From NCBI GenBank assembly GCA_002269645.1, contig NIVC01001200.1, positions 124,001-188,000 on the forward strand: a stretch of DNA of 64,000 nt, written 5' to 3'. Of this stretch, positions 1 to 12,689 are shown piece by piece; position 1 is the first letter of the stretch; each line of letters opens with the position of its first letter. Source of the stretch: Macrostomum lignano. Lineage: Eukaryota. The notes under the pieces are model-generated. The model was given only the letters and a program-made list of their open reading frames with translations, was not told the DNA's origin and made no database searches. The position numbers and the translations under genes were made by a program.

Positions 1-345
1 AGTTGGCCTGTTGTTGGTTGACTCGCACGAGGGCTCTCGGCCTGTCAGGCGCCCTGGTCCTGGCCGGGATAGGGGCTGGATGGGCGAGAGGGCGAGAGGG
101 CGAGAGTGGCAGCTGAGAGATGAGGGAGCGTTTTTTTCATCGTCTGACAGAGACGAGAGGCGGCGGAGCCGGGCAGATAAGAGCGACGAGCCGGCCGTGT
201 CCTCGTCGGGCCGGAGTAGTTTCTGGGCCTCCGGGCCACTCTGGCTGCACTTTGGGCTCCGATTTAAATTTATGAGATCGATGGAGCTGGTAAATGACTG
301 CGCGCCGTTGAATGAATGACTCCAAAAGAGGGGGGGGGGGGGCAA

Positions 346-2693
346 CTTACTTACTTACTTACTACTGACGGGGGGCGCAGGCGCCGCGAATAGGCCGCGA
401 GGCCCCTATCGCAACCCCAAGGTAAAAGAGCACAAGGATTAGCCTTGGGGGTGCGCCCAGTCCCCGCCAGTAGTCGGCAGGTCCGCAGTGGAGGCATCGG
501 CGACCCTCATCCGGCCGGAGTCCCGGACGAAGGCGCGGAGGTCTCGGATATTGTCCGCGGTGGTCAGCTCGTCCATCCGCTGGGGTGGCCGAGGTATTTG
601 TGCCGCGCCTTGTTGAAGTAAGGGCAGAAGGTGACGTGATGCTCCGCGGTCTCCTCTCCTATGCCACAGAAGGGGCAGGTGGGAGGGCAACCGGTTTGCA
701 ACGATATATGTCTCTGGAAGAATCCGTGGCCGGTTAGGACCATGCACATCTCCCTGAGGTCGGTTCTGTTAAGCGAAATCAGATAATCAGAGACTTTCCT
801 GTTCAGGTTAGGCATGGCAGAGCGGCTCTGCCTGTACTCGGTGCAGCTGTTCCAGTGGAGCTGGTGCTGCTGATGGAGCCACCTGTTGATATGGCGGGTG
901 ACTTGCGACCTGGGGGTGGGTAGCCTCATCAGACGGTGGTTGCCGTCTGGGTTGCTGCCCTCCTTGGCGAGAGAGTCTGCGAGCTCGTTGCCCAGGATGT
1001 TGCTGTGACCAGGTGTCCAGATAATTCTAATCCTGTTAAGGACTGAGAGAGATTGCACACTGCGGTGGCATTGAGATACTGTAGCAGCGGAGATATTCTC
1101 AGTGGTTAAGGCCTTAATAGCAGCTTGGCTATCAGTGTAGAAATTAATGTCAAAATTATTAATGTTCGCCTGAAACAGTTGCTGGGCACACTGCTCGATG
1201 GCGCAAATTTCAGCTTGGAAAACTGAGGTGTTCTCACCGAGGTGCAGACTTTCCTGGAGAAGCATCTTACCCTCGTGGAAAATGGCAATACCCGCTCCAG
1301 CGCGGCCGTTGAACAGCGAGCCGTCGGTGAAGCAGTGAATGCCCTGGCTGCGCCGGTTCACACCGACATCCAGCGGAATGTTGTCTCGGCCAGGGATGGC
1401 GGTCTTGAAGCCCCTCCTGATGTTGAGGGCGGGAGGTCGACTATCCACATTGCCCAGGTCCATGTGGATGTTGTTAAGGTCGCGGCGGACAAAGTCCATA
1501 TGCGGGATTAATGTTTTCATTGGCATAAAGCCAGAGGGCGCGTTATTCAACGTTTTATCTCTGATAAGCCGGGAGGCAGACTTCATAGCCTCCGCCCTAA
1601 TAAATAGGTGAAGCGGAGGTAGGTTAAGGATAGTGTTCAGCCCCTCGTAAGGGGTGGACGGGTACGCACCTGTGATGGCACGGCAAATGCTGCCCTGAAG
1701 CTGGTACAGCCGCTGACGGGCGGCCTTCTGCTCCAGCACGCTAGTCCAGATGAGACTCGCGTATGTGATACTGGGCCGGATGATGCCGGTATAAATCCAA
1801 CGGACCGTTCTAGGCGAGAGGCCCCAAGTCGGCCCGATGGCTCTGCGCAGCTGGGCAAAGCAGCGTTTTGCCCGACCGATGACGTTATCAAGGTGCTTCG
1901 TCCAGCGCAGGTCATGCGTTAGCGTCACACCGAGGTATTTGACCTCCTTCTTGAAGGGGATGTTTCTGCCATAGACAGTGAGGTTTTTCATCTCCCACTT
2001 ACGGCGCTTGGTGAAAACGACAGCGACAGTCTTAGTGACGCTGATTTTTAGGCCATGCTGTGTAGCCCAGTCGGCCGCCTTGTCGGCGAATTGCTGCATC
2101 AGGTTGCGCAGAGTGGCGGGGTCGGGTCCGCTGACGACCGCGGCAACGTCATCGGCGTAGCCCGCCCTGGTGATACTGCTGGGAATGTCAGCGGTTAGAA
2201 GTTCGTCCATGACGAGATTCCAGAGAAGTGGAGTTAGCACGCCACCTTGCGGGCCGCCTTTCATCACCGCCCGGGTGAGGGTAACGCCCATAAGTGTGGA
2301 TGTCACAAACCTTTTGCGGATCATAAAATAAATCCAGCGAACAATGCTGTGTCTTACATTCCTGCGGGAAAGAGAATTTCTGAAGGAGCGGAAGAGGACA
2401 TTGTCAAATGCTCCTTCGAAGTCAACGAACAACCCGCAAGCGAGTTGTTTGCTAAGGATGGCACTCTCAATTTTGGAGGTAATGGCGTGGAGAGCATGCT
2501 CAGTCGTCCTCCCAGACTGGAAGGCGCACTGGTACTTACTGACAGGGTCGGAGCGCAGGTCGCACTCTCGAAGCCTCCACAGGATGAGCCTCTCCATCAG
2601 CTTAACACAAAAGGAAGTGAGGCTGATGGGCCGGAAGGATTTCACGTTGGTGTAGTCACCCTTAGCAGGTTTCGGGATGAACACGACTCTGGA
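346..2693 (-). mobile_element. 5'-truncated non-LTR retrotransposon (LOA/R1-like): RT + RNase H + C-terminal CCHC; endonuclease absent
   Basis: ORF 564..2696: VVFIPK...[39 protein letters not shown]; RNase [33 protein letters not shown]; [14 protein letters not shown]. (CTTA)n at 346-362 is a (TAAG)n 3' tail. Flanked by poly-G TSD-like caaaag(a)Gn-caa (323-345) and caaaG10caa (2694-2710). Confidence 0.92.
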
Positions 2694-2859
2694 CAAAGGG
2701 GGGGGGGCAAAGTCCGGCTCCTCAAATTGGTCCGCCGAATGTGGCTGGCGCGATAAACAAGGCCGAAAATCTGATGAGTTCCAGGCTGTTCAAAACTGCA
2801 GCCACCCTTCTATACCCTACGGCGCATTACTGGCGCATCTGGCTTTAAAGGCGTGCTTT

Positions 2860-3445
2860 GGCCTGGGCGTTGTCACTCTTCTTGGCCTAGGCGTCTTTGT
2901 CACTCCTTGGCTTGGACGTCTTTGTCACTCAGCCTAGGCATCTGTCACTCTCCTTAGCCTAGGCGTCTTTGTCACTCTACTTGGCCTAGGCGTCTTTGCA
3001 CTCCTTGGCTTGGGCGTCTTTGTCACTCCTTGGCTTGGGCGTCTTTGTCACTCCTTGGCTTGGGCGTCTTTGTCACTCCTTGGCTTGGGCGTCTTTGTCA
3101 CTCCTTGGCTTGGGCGTCTTTGTCACTCCTTAGCGTAGGCGTCTTTGTCACTCCTTAGCATAGGCGTCTTTGTCACTGTCCTTGGCTTGGGCGTCTTTGT
3201 CACTGTCCTTGGCTTGGGCGTCTTTGTCACTCCTTAGCGTAGGCGTCTTTGTCACTCCTTAGCATAGGCGTCTTTGTCACTGTCCTTGGCTTGGGCGTCT
3301 TTGTCACTCCTTAGCGTAGGCGTCTTTGTCACTCCTTAGCATAGGCGTCTTTGTCACTGTCCTTGGCCTAAGCGTCTTTGTCACTCTTTGGCTTTTGTCA
3401 CTCTACTTGGCCTAGGCGTCTTTGTCACTCCTTAGTCTAGGCGTC
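2860..3445. repeat. ~25-bp minisatellite (gcgtctttgtcactccttggcttgg and variants)
   Basis: Direct tandem units visible in the sequence. Confidence 0.95.
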
Positions 3446-5277
3446 TTAGTACAGACACTAAAAGACCTGGATACGGGCGTATAGATTCCTGAGGAGAAGA
3501 AACAAATACGCCAGGTGCAATGAGAGCTCAGCTAAGCGTCGTTATCCTTGATTCCAAGTGGGCAGACAGCCAGGGGGTCTTCAGTCGGGCAATCAGACAA
3601 TCGATCCATATTCGGAGTTCCCAATTGAATAACCGCATTGAGTTTTGAGCAAGCTGCGAAGTTCGCGCCCAAATCGCCACCGCACAAGATTGTTAAAACC
3701 GCATGAGATCGACTGGCGGGTGATGGCGGGGCGGAGATTCTGACTAACACCTGGGGATTTTCCCAAATCCCCAAAACTGGGGTGCCTCTTCAGCTCCCTC
3801 TTATCCCGTCTATCGCGATCCCATCGCCACTATAGGAAATTCAATAGCAGTGTTTATGCGGCTGGGAGCATTCTGGGTCTTCAGCCGACCGGTCCGCGCC
3901 CTGCGCGCATGAAAGTTGTTTAAATCTCTTCAGTGTTTCATCGATGCAGGCTTTCTCCCGAGGATGTCGCCCTCGGAGTGGGCAAGTGGCTGGCTGGCGG
4001 ACCGGCACAATGAGTCAGCCGCGTGGCGGACTAAACTTAAACACAAGCGGCGCACCTCCTCTCAGCTCTGTCTGAGGAAGGCATTTCAATCGCGCTCTCA
4101 TTCACTGCCAAACTAACTGTCTTTCGGCCGAACGTCTGACAGACAGCGCGGAGGGAGAGCAGGGCAGCGCATGGCGGGGATCACGCACCAAGCGGGTTTA
4201 TTAAAAAGCGACCGTGGTGGGGGGTGGCTTCCCCGCTGCGCCAGAGAGGAGATTGTAATTTCGCAAAGTCAACACCGGCCCGGCCTGTCCCGAACTGAGT
4301 GACTGCCGCCCTGGCGCCGCCGGGTGACTAATGGCTGGGAAAGTTTGCCTATCGCCTTGAATGAAATGCGGGCGGCGGTGCTGGGACAATCGAAGTCCTC
4401 TCCCACAGAATTAACAGCGGCAACAAGTGCAACAGGCGCTCTCGGGCCTCTCAACCGGCGTCCTCTGCGGCATTTCTTCACGCACGCGATGCCGCCGAGG
4501 TCAGCGACGATGTTGATGATGCCAATCTCAGCATCCCCTTCGGCACGCAACGGTGCTGGTGACCTCGACCGCCACCCCAGATTAGAATAATTGTATTCAT
4601 TCCGAAAGTTGATTTTCAAACCCGATCTGGAATGCCTGTGGTTTGCTGCTGCATGTTCTGCCGCATCAATTCTTGCGAATCCCGTGCAGGGGGGCACAAA
4701 AGGCTTCTGCCAGATGCTGCCAGAACTGATTAAAACTGGCCTGAGCGCCTCTGCCGCGACTTTGTTTGCCCCAAGCCTTTCTTGGCCAACAGCCGGTGGC
4801 TGCTGCGCAACAAAGGCTGCTGCAGCACACCTGAAACTCTTCAGAATTGCACCAGCGACATCAACTATAATTAACTGGGCAATTGGCGGTGCTTTCGGCT
4901 TTTGAACAAAAAACTTGACATTTTTTCTTATTTACCTGGGCCTGCTGCGCAGATGCTCCGCCGGCTGAAATCCGCACCGCCGCCATCAGCTGTGCCGCAT
5001 CAGGCACAGTTCAGTTGTAATATCCGGCAAATTACCCAGAGGCTTTTAAGCGGGTAATTGGTGACAAAAGTTTTATTGCTGGATGCTGTCAGGGAAAGCG
5101 AAGTCTGCATCAAAATAGCGCCACCTCAAATCCTAAAATTCCTGAAGTTAGCGGCCTGAAGTTATCCTGATGTCTGCCAGAGCAGCTCAGCGGTAGACGA
5201 GTCTGACTCTCTCTCCCTGAAGTTATCCTGAACTTGGCGTCACTCCAGTCCTGAGGTTCTGTCCCTGTGCCTTGTAA

Positions 5278-5500
5278 GGGAGTTGAAGCCTAGTGGTCAG
5301 TGCAGTGCGTCTACTCACGACTGAAAAGTCGGAGGTTCGATTCCCGATCCCACTGGAACAATTTGTGTTCTTGAGAAAGGCACTTAACTCTGCATTGCTT
5401 CAGTTCACCCAGCTGTAAAATAGGTGCCAGGTGCCAGTATAGGTCCCAAAATAGGTAGCTGGGGTAATTGAGGGTGTGTGTGGCGACCCCCCGGTCCTTG
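5278..5500 (+). mobile_element. tRNA-derived SINE with CORE-like body (family 1)
   Basis: A box tagtggtcagtg, B box ggttcgattcc, then tgtgttcttgagaaaggcacttaactc...ttcacccagctgtaaaatagg resembling the CORE domain. A second copy lies at ~20929-21068. Confidence 0.75.
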
Positions 5501-5626
5501 GCTGAACAATAGCTGCGGCTGAACTGCACATCGGGCCCAATATGGGCAGGTGTAATCCTCTTTCAAAGTGCACCAGAACAGCTGTCGAGTTTCAAAAATA
5601 ATACAAAAACTGCTCAATCCCAACAG

Positions 5627-8600
5627 ACCCCGTGTCGGTGCCGCCACCGCCGGAGACGCCGCCTCTGCCTCCGCAGCAGCCGCACCCGCCACCGCAACAG
5701 CCGCGGCCGCCAGCAGGCGTCGATGACGGGGCCGCCATCGCCAACAACGGCGACCTGCGCTGGCTGCGGACCCCCGACCCGCCTGCGGTCACCGGCTGGG
5801 GCGGCGAGGCCTCCAAGGAGCACGTCGAGTTGCGCGGCGGCGACGGCAGCGGCGGCAGAGGCGGCGGCGGGCAGCCGCAACAGAGAGACAGCGAGCTCAC
5901 CTACATCGTAATCATCGTGTCCAGCCTCCTCGGCGCGCTGCTGCTGATGCTGACCGTCGGCCTGCTTTGCCTGCGGCGCTGGCGGCTGCTGCGCAAGAAG
6001 GCCGTCGGCGGCGGCGGTGGCCATGGCAGCGTCGGCCGCTGCATCTCCATGCAGACGCACCTGAAGGGCGCCGAGACGACGCCAATCCACCTGGACTTTG
6101 CCAGCGGCAGGCCGGCTGTCCTCAACGGCAGCGCCTTTGTCGGCGTCAACGGCGGGGCGGGTGGAGGCGGAGGTGGCGGAGGCGGCGGAGGCAGCATCGG
6201 TGGCGGCAGCAAGAACCTCGGCGTCTACAACAGCCTGCCGGAGTCGGACGATGACGAGGACTCGGATGACAGCCTCGCCGACTCCGTCCGGATCGTCAGC
6301 GGCTGCGGCGGCGGCGTCGGAGGCCCAGCGGACGAGCCGCTGATCGGCGCCGGCGCGGGGCGCGCGAGTACGCCAGCGCCACGCTGAGCATGCTGTACAG
6401 CCCGAAGGCGCATTACTCGGCGACTGCGGCAATGGCGTCGCCCTACAGCAGAACGCGGATCACCACCAACCCGCTGGCGGAGCTCACCCCGGTGGCGCGG
6501 GCGCGGCTGTCCCAGCAGCAGAGCGGCTACTCGCCACACCGCGGCTACCCGAGCCCGGTGCCACCGCCGCCTTCCGGCCTCCTGGTGGGCCTGCCGATGG
6601 CCACCCCGCCGCCGGTGCCGCGGTTTCCGTCGGATCTCAACATCCAGGGTGAGCAGCTGCTGACTGTATGGGTGGTTTGGTGAACAAGGTAAGCATGCGT
6701 GAGGTAGGTTTTCCTGGCGCCAGACAAAAATGTCTATGGCGCCAGATACCAATGTGCTATGGCGCCAGATACCAATGTCTATGGCGCCAGATACCAATGT
6801 GCTATGGCGCCAGATAACAATGTGCTATGGCGCCAGATACCAATGTGCTATGGCGCCAGATACCAATGTCTATGGCGCCAGATACCAATGTGCTATGGCG
6901 CCAGATAACAATGTGCTATGGCGCCAGATACCAATGTCTATGGCGCCAGATACCAATGTGCTATGGCGCCAGATACCAATGTGCTTTGGCGCCAGATACC
7001 AATGTCTATGGCGCCAGGCATATGTATACACCATGAAAGCATGTATCATTAAGCCATTAAACTGAGCATCCAGTCGGGATGTTGGGCATTTCGTGTTAGT
7101 TCTGAAAGCTGAAGTCCGCCATCAGCAGGGCTGAACTTGGTGTTTATTTGCATTCAATGGGCAGCTTTTAGACCAAAACCGTGGCGGCAGCAGCAGCAGC
7201 TCCTTGCCCCCCCCCCCAAGCCCTCCAATTCAAATCAATAAAGAGACCCAGATTACGGCCGCCACAAACCGTTTGGCATTTTGAATTTTAGTAGGGGCGC
7301 TCTGGTTTAACAGCGCGGATTGCGCAATCAAACACAGGCAGGCAGATTCTATGGAGTATTCGATAGAAATCTCTGCTAAACTGTCTGGCAGGGGGAGAGA
7401 GGGAGAGTGACGGAGATAAGCCCTGGCGCACAAACACGGCGCGGAAACCACCCGAGCTTGCGCAATCTGCTGGGCCAAAGACTGTGGGGGGCGACCATGC
7501 AAGTCTTATCTGGGCGGCTGTCTGCAGTGTCTCTCACGGTCCCCAGAAACCGGAAGGTATTAAGCTCGGCGACCGCGTTAAACTCGGTTGATTTTGGATA
7601 CGTTTTTTTATTTTACCGGCTGAACCCACACGAAAGGTCGGGGAGGGGGGAGAATGGAAATGGCGATCTCCGTAGCACACAGCCGATTTTAATTGTTGGA
7701 ATGCGCGCCAGGTAGAAAATTCATAGATTGGGATCTTGGCGATCTCAAGGGGATCTGTGATGCAATTAGCGAATATTGTAGGCATATTCTCGATCTCAGA
7801 TGACTTTCTAAGTTAAATACTCTAAAAGACCATGTTGTGCAACATTTGAGGGGACAATGGGATCAGTTCTGCATCCCATTGGGCCTGTTTTCTATCACGC
7901 AATTAGCAACTGCCCGGGTATTCAGAGAGATGTGAGAGAAAAGGTTGGGACAATTTTCTATTGTTCCGAATCTGTCTTTAGCTTTTTGGTATTTCAAGGG
8001 ATCTGCCCTAGATGGCTTAGGCCCAGGAGAGCTCTAGTTAGATAAGAAACACGCTGGATAGATGAGAAACACACTGGTTAGATGAGAAACACACTGGATA
8101 GATGAGAAACACGCTGGATAGATGAGAAACACACTGGATAGATGAGAAACACATTGGATAGATGAGAAACACGCTGGATAGACAGTAAACAAACACACTG
8201 GATATGGATAGACCAGAAACACACTAGATCTGTGGGAATCGCCCGCAATCTAAAAATAGCATCCCAAGGGATTCCCCGCACCGAACTCACCCAGGCTGCT
8301 CGGGCAACACTGTGTACGCCTGCCCAGCGCATCTGCAATCGGCGGAGCCGGCCGGCCAGGACGAGCTGGCGGGCCTGGAGGTCCCGGCGGCCTCCGTCAG
8401 CCTCAAGGAACGACTCGGCGGCGGCCAGTTCGGCGAGGTCCGCCTGGCGGAGTGGCGGCCATCGGGGTCGCCGGATTCGACGCCGCCGCTCCTGGTGGCG
8501 GTGAAGACGCTGCGCAGGGACGCGGGGCCGCAGGCCAAGCAGGATTTCCGGCGCGAAATCCGCCTGCTGGCCCGCCTGGACGACCCCAACGTGGTGCGCG

Positions 8601-9413
8601 TGCTGGGCGTGGTGACCCGCGACCCGAAGGCGCCGCAGTGCGCGCTGGTGGAGTACATGCGCTACGGGGACCTGCACCAGCTGCTGCGCCACCGGGTGTC
8701 CCCCGCCACCGTGGAGCAGCCCGGCCTGTCCTACGGCTGCCTCATCTACCTGGCCGGCCAGGTGGCCAGCGGCATGAAGTACCTGGAGGCGATGCAGGTC
8801 ACCCATCGGGATCTGGCGTGCAGAAACTGCCTGCTTGGCGACGGCTTCCAGGTAGGATTTGGAGCTCGGGATTTGGGATTCGAATGCGTCGGTTATGAAG
8901 CTTGTGCGTTGTGAATCTCCACCATCCATTCTCAACTCGATCCTGACCCCCACGCTTTCCTCGCTGCAGGTGAAAATCTGCGACTTCGGCATGTCGCGGC
9001 CGATCTACTCCTCCGACTACTGCCGGGTGGACGGCGGCCGCGGCTCCGCCCTGCCGATCCGCTGGATGTCCTGGGAGGCCGTCCTGCAGGGCCGCTTCTC
9101 CAGCCGTAGCGACGTCTGGAGCTTCGCCGTGACGCTCTGGGAGATGCTCACCTTCTGCAGGGAGCAGCCGTTCTCCAACCTGAATGACGAGCAGGTGGTG
9201 GCGAACTGCCAGCACATCTGGCTGTGCGACGGCCTGGCGCAGGCGCTGCCGTGCCCGCCAGGCTGCCAGCGCGAGCTTTACGACCTGATGTGCGAGTGCT
9301 GGCAGCGGGACGAGGCCTGCAGGCCGGCATTCAGGGAGATCCACCTGTTCCTGCAGCGCAAGAACATCGGCTTCGCGCCCGGTGACGACCGGCTGCTGCG
9401 GCAGCTGGCGTGA
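5627..9413 (+). CDS. DDR: Discoidin domain receptor tyrosine kinase, 3' part (juxtamembrane, TM, kinase); upstream exons not found in the window
   Basis: Exons 5627-6648 (needs one extra base near 6357-6360), 8328-8851, 8970-9413, with GT-AG sites and matching phases. TM LTYIVIIVSSLLGALLLMLTVGLLCL followed by RRWR. Kinase motifs LGGGQFGEV, VAVKTLR, EYMRYGDLHQLL, HRDLACRN, KICDFGMSR, LPIRWMSWE, SDVWSFAVTLWEMLTFCREQPF (DDR-type C-lobe). Confidence 0.9.
6716..7020. repeat. 21/23-bp intronic minisatellite (tggcgccagataccaatgtgcta)
   Basis: Tandem units in the DDR intron; explains the MAPDTNV-type ORFs. Confidence 0.95.
8036..8230. repeat. 20-bp intronic minisatellite (ctggatagatgagaaacaca)
   Basis: Tandem units in the DDR intron. 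Confidence 0.95.
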
Positions 9414-10561
9414 GGCCGATGCCGAATGAGGCAAGTCCGAGCCAAGGACGTCGACTTTGGCCCGAGGCGGTTTGCTTCAAGTTTATCGACTTCAATTTAG
9501 AAATTTTGGACTGTGGCAGAGTCCCAGAATGTGATGCAATGCCTTCTAAAAGAGCTCCAAGAGCATAGTAAAGACGACTGTTGCTGTTTTCCCCAATGCT
9601 ATTTTTCAAATTTTGCGCAGACGGTCAACCAATACTCGCTACAGCCTACTTACAGTAACAAACAATAAATATCAATGCAATTCTATGCTTAAACGGAACA
9701 ATTCATTAGATCCATAAGGATCTTGGATCACCGATTGTTGCTAGGCCCTCAGCAAGCCATCCAGGATCCAGGATGTCTTATCTTCAGTTTGCCGGATATT
9801 CCACATAATTTGCCAAAAATCTATTTTCATGTTCAGTGCTGTAAAAAACCTGTATAATTGTCTGTGTAATTGCCTCTGTAATTTCCCTGTCTTAAGCAAA
9901 GCTTCATAAGCACCTTTCCAGAATTTGTGATTTAGAAAATTGCTATCATATTATCATAATTTTGCTTGCCCCGAGGCCGCGCGGACTCCTGGGACTTGCA
10001 CAGCATTTATCCTCAGTAGTGCATGCAGCGATCGTTCGCGCTTGTTTGGTTGCAGATTACAAAGACAAATTATAAAACAAAGACTGTCGTTCGCGAGTCA
10101 AATCCCCTAGTGCAATTTCGTGCTCTTGCAATTGCTCTCTGTTACCATATTTTTGTGCTTGAGCTGTTCGCGAATTGGCTGTAAAACTCCAAATTGTACT
10201 TTTCCTTTTAATTTCTACGCAAGCTCTACGCGTACTTCAACATTTTTCCGGAGCCTGTCGCTTTGCGTAGTAAAACACATTTTCTTCTGCACCGAGGGAG
10301 CAACTCCCAACTTAATCTGAGCACCGCGACTGCACTACTCGAATCACTCAATTAGTATCAACTGCGTTTTCTATGCAAATTTGTTTGGCATTACCGAACT
10401 GGACTTAGTCGATAAAGTATTGTAAGTACAATTCGCTATTAAATAAATAAATCAAACTTCTGCACCTGTTAGACAGAGCTACGGTTTCAGCACTCACTTT
10501 CACTGCAAACCTGCTTTGGCTGTCACAGTTTGCAGCGATGTTCTGCGAGTTGTAAACACAG

Positions 10562-11880
10562 CGGACACTGGTTGAGTTCATAATGGACATGGCTGAGGTC
10601 ACAGCGGACACTGGTTGAGTTCATAATGGACATGGCTGAGGTCACAGCGGACACTGGTTGAGTTCATAATGGACACGGCTGAGGTCACAGCGGACACTGG
10701 TTGAGTTCATAATGGACACGGCTGAGGTCACAATGGACACTGCTGAGGTCACAGTGGACACTGCTGAGGTCACAATGGACACTGCTGAGGTCACAGTGTA
10801 CACTGGCTGAGGTCACAATGGACACTGCTGAGGTCACAGTGTACACTGGCTGAGGTCACAATGGACACTGCTTAGGTTACAGTGGACACTGCTGAGGTCA
10901 CAGTGGACACTGCTGAGGTCACAGTGGACACTGCTGAGGTCACAGTGGACACTGCTGAGGTCACAATGGACACTGCTGAGGTCACAGTGTACACTGGCTG
11001 AGGTCACAATGGACACTGCTTAGGTTACAGTGGACACTGCTGAGGTCACAGTGGACACTGGTTGAGGTCACAGTGGACACTGCTGAGGTCACAGTGGACA
11101 CTGCTGAGGTCACAATGGACACTGCTTAGGTTACAGTGGACACTGCTGAGGTCACAGTGGACACTGCTGAGGTCACAGTGGACACTGCTGAGGTCACAGT
11201 GGACACTGCTGAGGTCACAGTGGACACTGCTGAGGTCACAATGTACACTGGCTGAGGTCACAATGGACACTGCTTAGGTTACAGTGGACACTGCTGAGGT
11301 CACAGTGGACACTGGTTGAGGTCACAGTGGACACTGCTGAGGTCACAGTGGACACTGGTTGAGGTCACAGTGGACACTGGCTGAGGTCACAGTGGACACT
11401 GGTTGAGGTCACAGTGGACACTGCTGAGGTCACAATGGACACTGCTGAGGTCACAGTGGGCACTGCTGAGATCACAATGGACACTGCTGAGGTCACAATG
11501 GACACTGGTTGAGGTCACAGTGGACACTGCTGAGGTCACAGTGGACACTGGTTGAGGTCACAGTGGACACTGGCTGAGGTCACAGTGGACACTGGTTGAG
11601 GTCACAGTGGACACTGCTGAGGTCACAATGGACACTGCTGAGGTCACAGTGGGCACTGCTGAGATCACAATGGACACTGCTGAGGTCACAGTGGACACTG
11701 CTGAGGTCACAATGGACACTGCTGAGGTCACAGTGGGCACTGCTGAGATCACAATGGACACTGCTGAGGTCACAGTGGACACTGCTGAGGTCACAATGGA
11801 CACTGCTGAGGTCACAGTGGGCACTGCTGAGATCACAATGGACACTGCTGAGGTCACAGTGGACACTGGTTGAGGTCACA
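10562..11880. repeat. 21/22-bp minisatellite (ctgctgaggtcacagtggaca) with 43-bp dimer units at its start
   Basis: Tandem array between the convergent DDR and GLG1 3' ends. Confidence 0.97.
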
Positions 11881-12689
11881 ATATTATAGGGAATGTAAAT
11901 CCAGTTACAGTGCTACTCGCAAGTGAAAATAGAGGCAAACTTCCTGCAAAAATTTGTTGAAGTACTGCCCTCCAGACCAGCGCATGGGTTAGAACAGCAG
12001 GTGGCGGTCACAGCATCATAAATACATTAAATGTGTATTTCGTACCAGCAAAGGTTATCCGCGCAAACCATGCTACTTAAAGTAGAGAAATATAAAATTG
12101 CAAATAGAAAACATACAAAGTCAAAAGCGTCACACAGGGTTACATGCAGATGGAATGAATCCGTTGCTAAATTTAATGAAAAACAGCGCACCCAGGACAT
12201 ACTACTAGTCGATTGAGTAGCAAAGTAGCAAGTTGTAAAATTGGAATGTCGTGGGTTGATAAGAGTATAAAAAGTTTCAATCAATTTATTACAAAAATTG
12301 ATTTAAAGACCGAATAATAAAGTGTCTGAGGGACTATTTTTACACAGTTTTGTCACTGACCCACATTTACTATAGCGGGTGATTACAGATCGCACTGGAG
12401 CAGAGCTGAGTGAGTGTGGAACACTGCCCCCGCAATTTAAGGCAATAGAAACACAGGGTCTGGAATGAAGAGCCACGCAGAAGTGCTCAGGAGTGCTCAG
12501 TACTTAGGAATGCTCAGGAGTTCTCAGCACTCAGGAGTGCTCAAGAATGCTCATCGCATGAATGGCCATCGCAAGAAAGAATCAAGAAAACACCGAGAGA
12601 AAGGTCAAATCAGGCGGAAGGAGTCAGCTGATCTCCGGGATATTCTGTAATCTGGAGAACTCTGGAGAACTCAATCACTGTTTCCTAAC

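Noticed and set aside
7040-8030. Possible DNA transposon in the DDR intron (gggat/atccc-rich motifs)
   Set aside because: No paired TIRs or TSD could be identified.
8078-9434. Antisense ORFs over the DDR kinase (and over GLG1, NCS and GRD exons)
   Set aside because: Shadow ORFs expected from high GC3 codon usage; no independent features.
10562-11880. CRISPR-like or coding repeat array
   Set aside because: No unique spacers; contiguous tandem units in a eukaryotic context. The same applies to the other arrays.
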